The notes under the pieces were generated by a model that worked only from the letters and a program-made list of their open reading frames with translations, made no database searches and was not told the DNA's origin. The translations under genes were made by a program, and so were the position numbers. From an uncultured Candidatus Peribacteria bacterium (lineage in GTDB: Bacteria > Patescibacteriota > Gracilibacteria > UBA1369 > UBA12463), in assembly GCA_964521465.1 (NCBI GenBank), contig CAZFSD010000001.1, positions 18,715 to 74,335 on the forward strand: a DNA stretch of 55,621 nt, in the 5' to 3' direction. How positions within the stretch are numbered: position 1 is the first letter of the stretch; every line of letters starts with the position of its first letter. This document shows, in pieces, positions 15,971 to 24,485 of the stretch.

Positions 15971-18319
15971 ATGGTTTCTTTTGAACGATTCATTCAGGAT
16001 GTTTTGAAAGTTCGTCCGAATGCTGACGCTTCTCGTATTCGTCGTGCCTATGATTTTGTTTTGCCTTACTACCATAAGCGCGAAAGATATTCTCGAGATC
16101 CTTATATTCATCATGCTTTGGCGGTAACTTCAATCCTTCTTCCTCTGAAACCCGACGACGATACGATCATTGCATCTCTTCTCCATGGTCTTTCCAGTGA
16201 AAATGTCTCTTTTGATTTTTCCCTTGTTGGACGAGAGTTTGGCGCCGTTGTTCAATTTATGCTCGAGGGTCTTACTGCTGTTAAAACTTTGAGACCGAAT
16301 TTGGATGTTACGGACTCTGAAAGTGTTCGCCAAATGCTTTTGACGATTGCGAAAGATTTACGAGTTGTTTTGATTCGTTTGGCTGATCGCCTGCACAATA
16401 TGGAAACGCTTCAGCACCTCCCTCCTGATAAACAAAAAGAGATGGCTCGTGAAACCATGGAAATTTTTGCTCCACTTGCTTCTCGTCTTGGTATCTTCCT
16501 TTTTAAATCTCGGCTCGAGGATTTGGCATTTCGCTATTTGAATCCTTCTCAGTATCAGCAGATCGAAGAGCAACTTTCTGAATTTGGTCGCGAGAAAGGG
16601 AAATTCATTGAACAGATTGTTGCGAAATTAAAAAGTCTTTTGGATGAGAAGGGGATCGAGGCTTCTGTCGATGGGAGACTCAAAAATGTTTATAGCATTT
16701 ATAGTAAGTTGCGGCGAAAAGGTCGGACGACTTTGCATGAAATTTTCGATGTTTTTGCTATTCGTATCATTGTTCCTGCAAAAATTTCTTCTCATACTGT
16801 GTCTGGAAAAAAAACACAAATACAAGAATCGGTCGATCATCTTTATAGTATTTTGGGTCATATTCATGGTCAGTGGACTCCGCTTCCGAATCGTTTTAAA
16901 GACTATGTCGCTGTGCCAAAACCGAATGGATATCAGAGTCTGCATACCACGGTCATTGGCCTTGCTCCGAAAGTTTTAAGTCAGCCAATTGAAATTCAGA
17001 TTCGCTCGGATCAGATGCACCGTGAAGCGGAATATGGTATCGCTTCTCACTGGCTGTATGAGGATACCAAGGCAACTTCAACGCGTTTTCAGAAGGAACT
17101 TTTTGATCAATATACGAATTCTTCTGATCCCAAACTCCAGCAACAAATGAAATTCTTGCAGACATTTTCTAAGATTCAGCAAGATATTCAAAAGCTCTCT
17201 CATGAAAGTGCTGATATGCTTGCGGAAGGTCTTCGAGTTGACCTTTTTCATGATCGTATTTTTGTTTTGACTCCAGATGGTGCGATCAAAAATTTGCCGG
17301 TTGGTTCTACGCCTATTGATTTTGCTTATAGCGTTCATACAGACATTGGTCATCGTTGTGCCATGGCGAAAGTGAACGGGAAGCTTGTTCCTTTGGATTA
17401 TGAACTTCACAATGGCGATGTCGTAGAAATTGTTTTGAAATCCAAGCCGAATCCCAAAGCTCTTTGGCTGAGTTTCGTGAAAACTGGAGGTGCTCGTTTG
17501 AAAATTAAAACCTGGTTCAATTCCCAGAATCGTGAGTTTGCTTTTCGTGAAGGGAAAGAACTTTTGAATAAACAGCTTGTTCGTTTCGGAAAGCAAAAAC
17601 TGGATGACAGTCTCTCTCTTTTGAAAAATCTTTCTGGAAAAACATCTCTTTTGCGTGATCGACAAAAAATTCTCGAAAATGTTGGTAATGGCTCGATGTC
17701 TGTAGGTGTTCTCATGAAGCGCCTTTTTCCTCCTGAGGAACTTTTATCTCCTCTTCATCTTCCGGTGAAACCTCCTGTTTTTGCCGAGTCGCTTCCTCGT
17801 GATTCAAAAAAAGTTCGAAGAAAATTGGCGGAATCTGCCAAATCTCTCCCTCAAAAAACTTTGGATAAAAAAATACTTTTGGGCGGCGAATCTGGCATGC
17901 CACTGAGATTTGCAAATTGCTGTACGGTTCATGAACATGATCCAATTGTTGGGTACATTACTCGCGATCAGAAAGCAACAATTCATCGTGCCGATTGTCG
18001 TATGCTCCGACGAGCTTCGGTGAATCGTATTCTTTCTGCTTTTTGGGAGGACGATGTTCAAATTCCGAAAAAGGGTCGTTATCGTGTTCGTTTGTTTTTG
18101 GATGCTATTGATCGTGTTGGACTTATTCGTGATGTGACAACCGTTATTTCCGACATAGGATTAAATATTTTGAATTTTGGCTATCGTGAACATCGAGAAT
18201 CGGGTATTTCTTATGCGGTTGATATTGAAATTTTTGAATTTGAGCAACTTGAAAAACTCTTTGATCGTTTAGAGACGATTCCCGGCGTTTTGAAAGTTCG
18301 TCGAGATCCACTCTCTTGA
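15971..18319 (+). CDS. rel: RelA/SpoT-homologue (p)ppGpp synthetase, HD hydrolase motif degenerate
   Basis: 782 aa. Synthetase motifs are RLKNVYSIYSKL, FDVFAIRIIV, DYVAVPKPNGYQSLHTTV and EIQIRSDQMHREAEYGIASHWLYE. A TGS domain (PDGAIKNLPVGSTPIDFAYSVHTDIGHRC) and an ACT-like C-terminus are present. The HD region reads LLHGLSSEN instead of LLHDxxED. Confidence 0.92.
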   Translation: MVSFERFIQDVLKVRPNADASRIRRAYDFVLPYYHKRERYSRDPYIHHALAVTSILLPLKPDDDTIIASLLHGLSSENVSFDFSLVGREFGAVVQFMLEGLTAVKTLRPNLDVTDSESVRQMLLTIAKDLRVVLIRLADRLHNMETLQHLPPDKQKEMARETMEIFAPLASRLGIFLFKSRLEDLAFRYLNPSQYQQIEEQLSEFGREKGKFIEQIVAKLKSLLDEKGIEASVDGRLKNVYSIYSKLRRKGRTTLHEIFDVFAIRIIVPAKISSHTVSGKKTQIQESVDHLYSILGHIHGQWTPLPNRFKDYVAVPKPNGYQSLHTTVIGLAPKVLSQPIEIQIRSDQMHREAEYGIASHWLYEDTKATSTRFQKELFDQYTNSSDPKLQQQMKFLQTFSKIQQDIQKLSHESADMLAEGLRVDLFHDRIFVLTPDGAIKNLPVGSTPIDFAYSVHTDIGHRCAMAKVNGKLVPLDYELHNGDVVEIVLKSKPNPKALWLSFVKTGGARLKIKTWFNSQNREFAFREGKELLNKQLVRFGKQKLDDSLSLLKNLSGKTSLLRDRQKILENVGNGSMSVGVLMKRLFPPEELLSPLHLPVKPPVFAESLPRDSKKVRRKLAESAKSLPQKTLDKKILLGGESGMPLRFANCCTVHEHDPIVGYITRDQKATIHRADCRMLRRASVNRILSAFWEDDVQIPKKGRYRVRLFLDAIDRVGLIRDVTTVISDIGLNILNFGYREHRESGISYAVDIEIFEFEQLEKLFDRLETIPGVLKVRRDPLS

Positions 18320-18326
18320 GTTTCGT

Positions 18327-19052
18327 CTATTGTCTCCAAAGAACTTTTGTTATTTCTTCCAAGGTTTCACGGTCTTCTTCTTTGAGATTGAGAGCGAGTA
18401 TTTTTTCAAGAGGTTCATTTTTTGTGTATTGGATCAGCTTCCTATATCCGTCGCGATAGCGAGCTTGATATGCCGCTCGATTGTTTTTCGAAGCATTTTT
18501 TTCCTGAAGGCACTCTCTGCAGAGAATCTCTTTTGGATTCCACATTTCATTTTTTTCGAATGGAATTTTTTTGTGGCATTTTTGGCAATGTGTGAGCTCT
18601 GGCAATGTGCCGAGTATTTCCATGAGTTTAATTTTGAAGATACTGCTTACGATTTTTTCATTTTCTTCTTCGTCAATTGCTTCCAGAGATTCGCAAAGGA
18701 GTGAAAAGAGCGTTTCATGGTGATTCAAGCCTCCGCCCTCTATCCAGCGAAGACTTTCCAGAATCTCTTCTGCAGCGTTTATTTTTTCCAGGCTTTTTGG
18801 AATTTTTATGAATGTTTTTTCCAGACTGCATTCACGAATCGTATATTTTTCACTTCCGTTTTCGTAGAGAATGAGATTGCAGATGTTGAGCGGTTGAAGC
18901 CTTCCGACAAAAGGGGAAGTGATCTTCCTTGCACTTCGTGCGATGGCGGTTATTTTTCCGAAAAGGGGACTGATGCACTCAATGAGGCGATCGTTTTCCC
19001 GACAAGGTTTTATGGCTGTGATTATGGCCTGAGTTTGTACAAAACCGCGCAT
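18327..19052 (-). CDS. recO: DNA repair protein RecO
   Basis: 241 aa. N-terminal OB-fold-like sequence (VQTQAIITAIKPCRENDRLIECISPLFGKITAIARSARK) and a Cys4 zinc motif (CQKCHKK...CREC). Confidence 0.85.
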   Translation of the reverse strand: MRGFVQTQAIITAIKPCRENDRLIECISPLFGKITAIARSARKITSPFVGRLQPLNICNLILYENGSEKYTIRECSLEKTFIKIPKSLEKINAAEEILESLRWIEGGGLNHHETLFSLLCESLEAIDEEENEKIVSSIFKIKLMEILGTLPELTHCQKCHKKIPFEKNEMWNPKEILCRECLQEKNASKNNRAAYQARYRDGYRKLIQYTKNEPLEKILALNLKEEDRETLEEITKVLWRQ

Positions 19053-19088
19053 GCGTTCAGTGAGGTGAAGGAGAGTTGATGGTTTTGG

Positions 19089-20000
19089 CTAATTTTTATC
19101 GTTGGTTTTGATGTGCTTTTGAACCGCGATAAAACTGCTCACGAGTGTCAAAAGGATCGTTACACCTGCTTCGACTGTGAGAACCTTGAGATAAGGGAAG
19201 TAATTGATTCGTCCAAAGAATTTTAATTTTTCAAAGAGACTTACATGGTTGACGAGGACAAAGATCAGGAAACTTGTAGCAAGGGCCATGAGGCTGATCC
19301 AGAGTGCTTCTATGAGATAGGGGAGTTGGATGAATGAGGATTTTCCTCCTACCAGACGCATAATGTTGATTTCTGATTTCCGTGTGAATATATGAAGGTA
19401 AACGACGTTGTAAATCATGAGAAGTGCGCCAATTCCGAAAGCGATCATGACCCAGTAGAGGAGATAACTGGTAAAGGATGTCATGTTTTCTAGATTTTTG
19501 ACGATTGTTCCATTGACTGTGAGGTCGGCAACATCTTCGCTGATGTTTGCGAGATCGTCCTTGAATTCGCTTGCCCGAATTGCATCTTGAATTTTTCCGT
19601 AAAACTCTGGATTTGCTGCAGAGACTCGAAAGCTTGCCGGAAGTGTGTTCTCCAGCTTGAATTTTTTGTAATATTCTGCGGTTTTTGGATGTGCGTCGAG
19701 GAATTGTTCCAGTGCTTTTTGCTTTGAAGTGAATTCTACTTTTTCGACTCCATCGAGAGTTTGGAAGTATTGTTCAATTTTGTAGATATTTTTCGGATCG
19801 GTTGTATCTTGAATGTAGAATGTAAGGTCGATTTTTTTTCCGATGCGTGTCAACTCTTCCTGGGCTGTGAAGTGGACGGCGAGGATGGTATTGAGAATAA
19901 AAAGCAGAATGGCGATGACCAGCATGGTCGCCAAAGTGGTAATTTTATTTCTCCAGAAATTAACAGCGCTATTTTTGAGCGCGCGTTTCATAGTATTCAT
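19089..20000 (-). CDS. ftsX: FtsX-like permease (cell division/ABC permease family)
   Basis: The N-terminal TM follows FWRNKITTLATMLVIAILLF. There is a large external loop, and three C-terminal TMs carry the FtsX box EINIMRLVGGKSSFIQLPYLIE. Start moved to ATG 20000 (MNTMKRAL), which removes a 95-nt overlap with the upstream gene. No ftsE is adjacent. Confidence 0.8.
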   Translation of the reverse strand: MNTMKRALKNSAVNFWRNKITTLATMLVIAILLFILNTILAVHFTAQEELTRIGKKIDLTFYIQDTTDPKNIYKIEQYFQTLDGVEKVEFTSKQKALEQFLDAHPKTAEYYKKFKLENTLPASFRVSAANPEFYGKIQDAIRASEFKDDLANISEDVADLTVNGTIVKNLENMTSFTSYLLYWVMIAFGIGALLMIYNVVYLHIFTRKSEINIMRLVGGKSSFIQLPYLIEALWISLMALATSFLIFVLVNHVSLFEKLKFFGRINYFPYLKVLTVEAGVTILLTLVSSFIAVQKHIKTNDKN

Positions 20001-20040
20001 ATTCGCATTATCCGCGAAATTCAGCTTTCCTGCAACTTCT

Positions 20041-20475
20041 TCAGGAACTTTTGATTCCCTGCACTTCGCTGAGCCAGGAATCGCGAATGAGAGAGGATTT
20101 GTAGATTTCTGGTCGGTATGGCTTGAGACGGACAACTTCGGTTTTCATTTTTTCGTCGATGAGAAATTTTTGAAGACGCATGGTGAAGGCGTGCTGATCA
20201 TATCCGAGTGCGATGATGTCCGGTTGAATTTTCTTGATAGCTTTATATTTGTCCTTCAAATCACCCAGTATGACTTTTGTTGCAAGGCCTGTTTTTTTGA
20301 GATTTTTTAGTCGTACATTTTCGTGATTATGAGCTTTTCTTCCCTTGATTTGTTCTACGGTTTTGTCTCGAGCGATGACGGCAATGATATTTTCGCCAAA
20401 TTCACGGGCTTGTCCGAAAAAATTTTCGTGCCCTGCGTGAAGAATGTCGAATGTTCCGAAAACAAGGATTTTCAT
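20041..20475 (-). CDS. ribL: archaeal-type FAD synthetase / cytidylyltransferase-fold FMN adenylyltransferase (RibL-like)
   Basis: From the internal Met: MKILVFGTFDILHAGHENFF...VIARDKTVEQIKGRKA...PDIIALGYDQ, closely matching the RibL/HxGH nucleotidyltransferase pattern. ATG 20475 overlaps the stop of the upstream gene as ATGA. Confidence 0.8.
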   Translation of the reverse strand: MKILVFGTFDILHAGHENFFGQAREFGENIIAVIARDKTVEQIKGRKAHNHENVRLKNLKKTGLATKVILGDLKDKYKAIKKIQPDIIALGYDQHAFTMRLQKFLIDEKMKTEVVRLKPYRPEIYKSSLIRDSWLSEVQGIKSS

Positions 20476-20882
20476 GTGGTGAAATGGAGCCAAAGACTCA
20501 GGAGAATCAGGATCCCGGCGGTACAGCTGATAAGTATTGTCGCTATTGTATGCTTTTTTTCGGCCCGGTCCGGCCCAAGGGGCAACCCCGGACACCCAGC
20601 TTCGCTTCGGTCCGGCCCGAAAGGCGCCCCGGACACTCCGCTGCGCTGCGCCCGGACACCCAGCTCCGCTTCGTCTTGCACCAGTGGGTCGATGAGCAGT
20701 GTTGCAAAATAGATAATGGTACTCACGATGAATGGAAGTTGAAGTACTCTCTCGGTGAGGGGTGCAATGTTCTTCAAAAAGCCATTTCTGTTCATGAGGT
20801 TGCTGATGAGAAAAAGGCTTCCAATGGAAACAAATGCGATGAATGAAGTCGTTGCAATGTTTTTGAAGTTCGATGGTGACAT
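20472..20882 (-). CDS. hypothetical 3-TM membrane protein interrupted in frame by a GC-rich repeat element
   Basis: 136 aa with three hydrophobic helices. A Gly/Pro/Arg-rich loop (ELGVRAQRSGVSGAPFGPDRSEAGCPGLPLGPDRAE) is encoded by the 20561-20675 GC-rich repeat. Confidence 0.5.
   Translation of the reverse strand: MSPSNFKNIATTSFIAFVSIGSLFLISNLMNRNGFLKNIAPLTERVLQLPFIVSTIIYFATLLIDPLVQDEAELGVRAQRSGVSGAPFGPDRSEAGCPGLPLGPDRAEKKHTIATILISCTAGILILLSLWLHFTT
20561..20675. repeat. GC-rich imperfect tandem/palindromic element embedded in frame in a CDS
   Basis: 87 of 115 nt are G or C by hand count. GGTCCGGCCC occurs at 20567 and 20609. CCGGACACCCAGCT(T/C)CGCTTCG occurs at 20588 and 20652 with 1 mismatch. 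Each unit contains GTCCGG...CCGGAC inverted repeats. Confidence 0.9.
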
Positions 20883-20903
20883 GCGTGTATTATGTGCTAT
20901 ACT
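20876..20903 (+). promoter_or_regulatory. gatC promoter (near-leaderless)
   Basis: GTGACA (20876-20881), 16-nt spacer, TGcTATACT (20895-20903). ATG 20912 lies 8 nt after the -10 box. Confidence 0.5.
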
Positions 20904-20911
20904 CCGCCCGT

Positions 20912-21205
20912 ATGCAATTAACTCCTGAACAGGTTCGGCACATCGCGAAACTTGCTCGTCTCGATCTCAAAGACGACGAGGTTTCTCGATATTCTTCTCA
21001 ACTTACCAATATCCTTACTTATATCGAGATTTTAAATGAAGTAAAGACCGATGGTGTAGCGCCGACTTCTCAGGTGACAGGTCTTCAAAATGTTACCCGT
21101 CCGGATGTTGCCTGCGAGTGGGTTATTCGTGATGAGCTTTTAGGATGTACCACTTTGCCGGTTGAGCAGAATCAGATTCGCGTCAAGCCCGTTATCTCTT
21201 CGTAG
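20912..21205 (+). CDS. gatC: Asp/Glu-tRNA amidotransferase subunit C
   Basis: 97 aa from ATG 20912: MQLTPEQVRHIAKLARLDLKDDEV...ILNEVKTDGVAPTSQV. The ORF-track extension from 20873 contains the promoter box. Confidence 0.9.
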   Translation: MQLTPEQVRHIAKLARLDLKDDEVSRYSSQLTNILTYIEILNEVKTDGVAPTSQVTGLQNVTRPDVACEWVIRDELLGCTTLPVEQNQIRVKPVISS

Positions 21206-21229
21206 AATTTTCAAAATTTTTACACTCTT

Positions 21230-22717
21230 ATGTCGTCGCTTGATCTTACCCAATTGACCGTTCGTGAACTTGCTGAAGGTTTTGCTGCGAAGAAGTTTAC
21301 TTCTGTTGCCGTGACCCGCGCGTATTTGGATCGTATCAAAAAGTATAATGGACAGTTGAATGTGTATACTTTTGTCGATGAGGATGGCGCTTTGAAAATG
21401 GCAGAGGAGTCGGATAAACGATTTGCTGCCGGCACTTCCCGTGGACCTCTCGAAGGTGTTCCGTGCGGCATTAAGGATATTTTTGCGGTCAAAGGTATGC
21501 CGAATACGGCGTGTTCGAACATTCTTCGTGATTTTGTGCCGCCTTTTGATGCGACGACGGTGACGCGACTTCGTGACGCGGGTGCTGTTTTTCTTGGGAA
21601 GACGAATTTGGATGAATTTGCTTGCGGAAGCTCAACGGAACATTCATGCTTTGGGCTTACGAAAAATCCTTGGGACATGACGAAGGTTGCGGGTGGAAGT
21701 TCCGGCGGTTCTGCGGCGGCGATTCCTGCGGGGATGGCGGCTTTTACCCTGGGAACTGATACCGGTGGATCGATTCGTTTGCCGGCATCTTTTTGCTCGG
21801 CGGTAGGTGTGAAAGTCACCTATGGGCGAACTTCTCGTAGTGGCGTTGTTTCTATGGCTTCGAGTTTGGATACGATTGGTCCTTTTACGAAAAATGCTGA
21901 AGATGCTGCAATTGTTCTCAATGTGATCGCTGGGCATGATCCTCGCGATAGTACGACTCCGGATGTCCCGGTTCCTGATTATACGGCAGATTTGGCGAAG
22001 AGTATTCGGGGTTTGCGAATTGGTCTTCCAAAGGAATATTTCGCTGAAGGTATTGATCCCCAGGTTCGTGGATTGATTGATAACGCCGTTGCGCTTTATA
22101 AAAAAATGGGCGCAGAGATCAAAGAAATCAGTCTTCCTATGACGAAATATGGTGTAGCGATTTATTATATTATTATGCCGGCTGAGCTGAGCGCGAATTT
22201 GGCAAGATATGACGGTATTCGCTTTGGTCCTGTTCCGAAGGATTCCGGAGAAAGCCTTCAGGATATGTATTATCGTGTTCGTGGGGCGGGCTTTGGGGCA
22301 GAAATTAAGCGACGCATTATGATCGGGACCTATGTACTTTCTGCGGGGTATTATGATGCTTTTTATTCTAAGGCTCAGAAAGTGCGCACGCTCATTCTTC
22401 GTGATTTTGATCAGGCTTTCGAGCAAGTTGATGTTCTTTTGACGCCGGTAGTTCCTTTTCCTGCTTTTTCTGTGGGTGAAAAAATGAATGATCCTTTGGC
22501 GATGTATTTGGCTGATGCCTTTACGATTCCTGCGAATGCCGCTGGTATTCCGGGACTTTCTGTCCCTTGTGGATTCACGAAAGAAGGATTGCCGGTGGGC
22601 TTCCAGCTCCTTGGAAAACAGTTTTCAGAGTCGCTTCTTTTCCAGACGGCCTCTGCCTATGAGCGCGAAACGAATTTTGCGGCAAATTCCCAGGCCATGT
22701 TGAAAATGGCTCTTTGA
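21230..22717 (+). CDS. gatA: Asp/Glu-tRNA amidotransferase subunit A
   Basis: 495 aa with the amidase signature [10 protein letters not shown] and [15 protein letters not shown]. It immediately follows gatC. Confidence 0.95.
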   Translation: MSSLDLTQLTVRELAEGFAAKKFTSVAVTRAYLDRIKKYNGQLNVYTFVDEDGALKMAEESDKRFAAGTSRGPLEGVPCGIKDIFAVKGMPNTACSNILRDFVPPFDATTVTRLRDAGAVFLGKTNLDEFACGSSTEHSCFGLTKNPWDMTKVAGGSSGGSAAAIPAGMAAFTLGTDTGGSIRLPASFCSAVGVKVTYGRTSRSGVVSMASSLDTIGPFTKNAEDAAIVLNVIAGHDPRDSTTPDVPVPDYTADLAKSIRGLRIGLPKEYFAEGIDPQVRGLIDNAVALYKKMGAEIKEISLPMTKYGVAIYYIIMPAELSANLARYDGIRFGPVPKDSGESLQDMYYRVRGAGFGAEIKRRIMIGTYVLSAGYYDAFYSKAQKVRTLILRDFDQAFEQVDVLLTPVVPFPAFSVGEKMNDPLAMYLADAFTIPANAAGIPGLSVPCGFTKEGLPVGFQLLGKQFSESLLFQTASAYERETNFAANSQAMLKMAL

Positions 22718-23409
22718 GTATTCGCGATTTCAGTACTTTCGATGATCATGCCGATGAGTTCGCCTTTGAAAGAAGCGATGGCGACTTTGTTGTCGTAGAT
22801 GTTGATTTCGTTGCTGAAGTTGTATTGGTCGATCGGTACGAGGCGTATTTCTCGGTGGAACCTTTTACTTTCTTTTTGAACTTCTTGACCCCATTCATCC
22901 ATCGGTGCGATGCCTTTGAGATGGATTTTTTTCTTCACGCGTTTGGCGACATATTCTTCATCATATTGTGGCCAGAATGAGCGTATTTCGTGCGAGTTGG
23001 CGTAGTTCAAAATTTCGGTTTTGCTCGTGAGCGTGTCTTCGTAAATCGCTTTGATACCTTCGGCGCCTTCGAAATATTGGATCTTTGGATGAACGCTGTC
23101 GCCGCGCATGCGCTTGAGATCAGGTAGGATGTTTTTGAAATCGTGGACATTACGCTGAACTTCACTGAGGATACTTTCCGGCTCTGTGGCACTAAAATAG
23201 CGAATACCATTTTTGTTGAGAAAATTGATAAAGCCTTTGTGGATGAGTTTTTCGAGAATGTCGTAGCAGGTGACGCGGCTGACGCCAGATCTTTTGCTGA
23301 TCGCTGCGACGACACTGCTGCCGAGTTCGAGGCAGGCGAGGTAAATTTTGGCTTCTTTGTCACTGAGGCCTATGTTTTTGAGGGTATTGGCGAGCGATTT
23401 GTTGACCAT
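22657..23409 (-). CDS. TrmB-family transcriptional regulator
   Basis: N-terminal winged HTH of TrmB type ([48 protein letters not shown]) plus a C-terminal effector-like domain. Its 3' end overlaps the gatA 3' end by 61 nt. Confidence 0.8.
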   Translation of the reverse strand: MVNKSLANTLKNIGLSDKEAKIYLACLELGSSVVAAISKRSGVSRVTCYDILEKLIHKGFINFLNKNGIRYFSATEPESILSEVQRNVHDFKNILPDLKRMRGDSVHPKIQYFEGAEGIKAIYEDTLTSKTEILNYANSHEIRSFWPQYDEEYVAKRVKKKIHLKGIAPMDEWGQEVQKESKRFHREIRLVPIDQYNFSNEINIYDNKVAIASFKGELIGMIIESTEIANTQRAIFNMAWEFAAKFVSRS

Positions 23410-24383
23410 AAAATGCATTGTTCAAGAGCGAGGAGAATCTGTTTTTTGTCTTCGGTGGTTTCGTGAATTTCTCCAGTTTTGAGAGCGACATCCAGATTTC
23501 CCAGCCGTTCGTAGATTTTTTTCAGTTCGTTGAGCGTAAAATTTCCGACTTGTTTCGATGCGACGGTGATGACATAGGGATGAAATCCGGGATCGTATTT
23601 TTTCATGTGGCTTCCGAATTCGCTGCTTTTCACACCCTGATTCTTCAGGTCGGCGAGCAGGAGGAGGATGCGGAAATGTCGTACAATCATGGCGAAAATG
23701 CCGCGAATTTCTTCGCCGCTGTGAACGAGAATGTGAAATTGATCGATGGCTTGTTTGGCGTCCCGCATGCTGAGCGAATCGGTCATTTTGAAAATCGAAG
23801 TCATGACATTGGGCTGGACGAGGGTTTCGATGTCGGTGGTGGTTGCGGCACGATTTTTGCAGAACGATCCGATTTTTTGAAGTTCGTTGTCGAGTGTCCA
23901 CAGGTCGGCGCCGGCTTGTTGCATGAGTTTTTCTGCGAAATCGGGCAGGTGACGAATGTTGTATTTCTGAGCCTGTTTTTCGATCCACTGCTTGGTTGCC
24001 AGGGGAGTCATCAGCTCGAATTCTTTGAGTACAGCCTTGTCTTTGAGTTTTTTGTAGAGTTTCGTGCGTTTGTCCGGCTGTGTTTCTTCGAAAAAAACGG
24101 CGATGGTGCTGTCTGGAATTTCTTCGATGATGTTGGTGATTTTTTCCTGCTCTTTGGCATCGGCTTCGCCCAGGAAGTTTTTGATGATCGTGAGTCTTTT
24201 GTCGCCGAGGAATGGTGCGCTTTTGAGAGCGCTTTGTATTTCTTCGCCGCTGGTTTCGCTTCCGTCGATCACATGAACATTAAAATCGCCTTCATATTTT
24301 TTGATAAATTCGCTCTGCCAGCGTTTGACTTCCTGCTGGAGGAGATAGGAATTGTCGCCGAAAAAGAGGAAGACATTCTTCAT
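23370..24383 (-). CDS. holA: DNA polymerase III delta subunit
   Basis: 337 aa with a HolA-like N-terminus (VFLFFGDNSYLLQQEVKRW...SAPFLGDKRLTIIKNF) and C-terminal helical domains. Confidence 0.85.
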   Translation of the reverse strand: MKNVFLFFGDNSYLLQQEVKRWQSEFIKKYEGDFNVHVIDGSETSGEEIQSALKSAPFLGDKRLTIIKNFLGEADAKEQEKITNIIEEIPDSTIAVFFEETQPDKRTKLYKKLKDKAVLKEFELMTPLATKQWIEKQAQKYNIRHLPDFAEKLMQQAGADLWTLDNELQKIGSFCKNRAATTTDIETLVQPNVMTSIFKMTDSLSMRDAKQAIDQFHILVHSGEEIRGIFAMIVRHFRILLLLADLKNQGVKSSEFGSHMKKYDPGFHPYVITVASKQVGNFTLNELKKIYERLGNLDVALKTGEIHETTEDKKQILLALEQCILWSTNRSPIPSKT

Positions 24384-24389
24384 GGCGGC

Positions 24390-24395
24390 ATTCTA
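24390..24395 (-). promoter_or_regulatory. -10 box placing holA ATG at predicted +1 (leaderless)
   Basis: Minus-strand TAGAAT, exactly 6 nt (gccgcc), then ATG 24383. Confidence 0.5.
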
Positions 24396-24427
24396 GCGGA
24401 AAAGGATGGGATTTGAAAATCAGGGAT

Positions 24428-24462
24428 ATGAAAATCCCGCCTTTTTGAGGGGCGGGATTTTG
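24428..24462 (-). terminator. intrinsic terminator after the lipoprotein gene
   Basis: AAATCCCGCC / GGCGGGATTT stem (24432-24441 / 24451-24460) with a 9-nt loop and a U-run on the minus-strand transcript. It lies just upstream of the holA promoter box. Confidence 0.65.
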
Positions 24463-24485
24463 TTCTTGTGGGCGACTCTTCTTTT

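Noticed and set aside
20476-20595. 40-aa N-terminal extension of the RibL-like ORF, running through the GC-rich element in another frame.
   Set aside because: The conserved nucleotidyltransferase N-terminus MKILVFGTFDILHAGH starts at ATG 20475. The extension overlaps the upstream membrane-protein gene.
20561-20675. GC-rich repeats considered as a small CRISPR array.
   Set aside because: There are only about 2.5 directly abutting imperfect units with no unique spacers, no cas genes nearby, and the segment is in frame within a CDS.
23418-24416. 332-aa plus-strand ORF antisense to holA.
   Set aside because: F/E/D-rich mirror-image composition of a K/E/L-rich sense gene. It has no start context or motifs.
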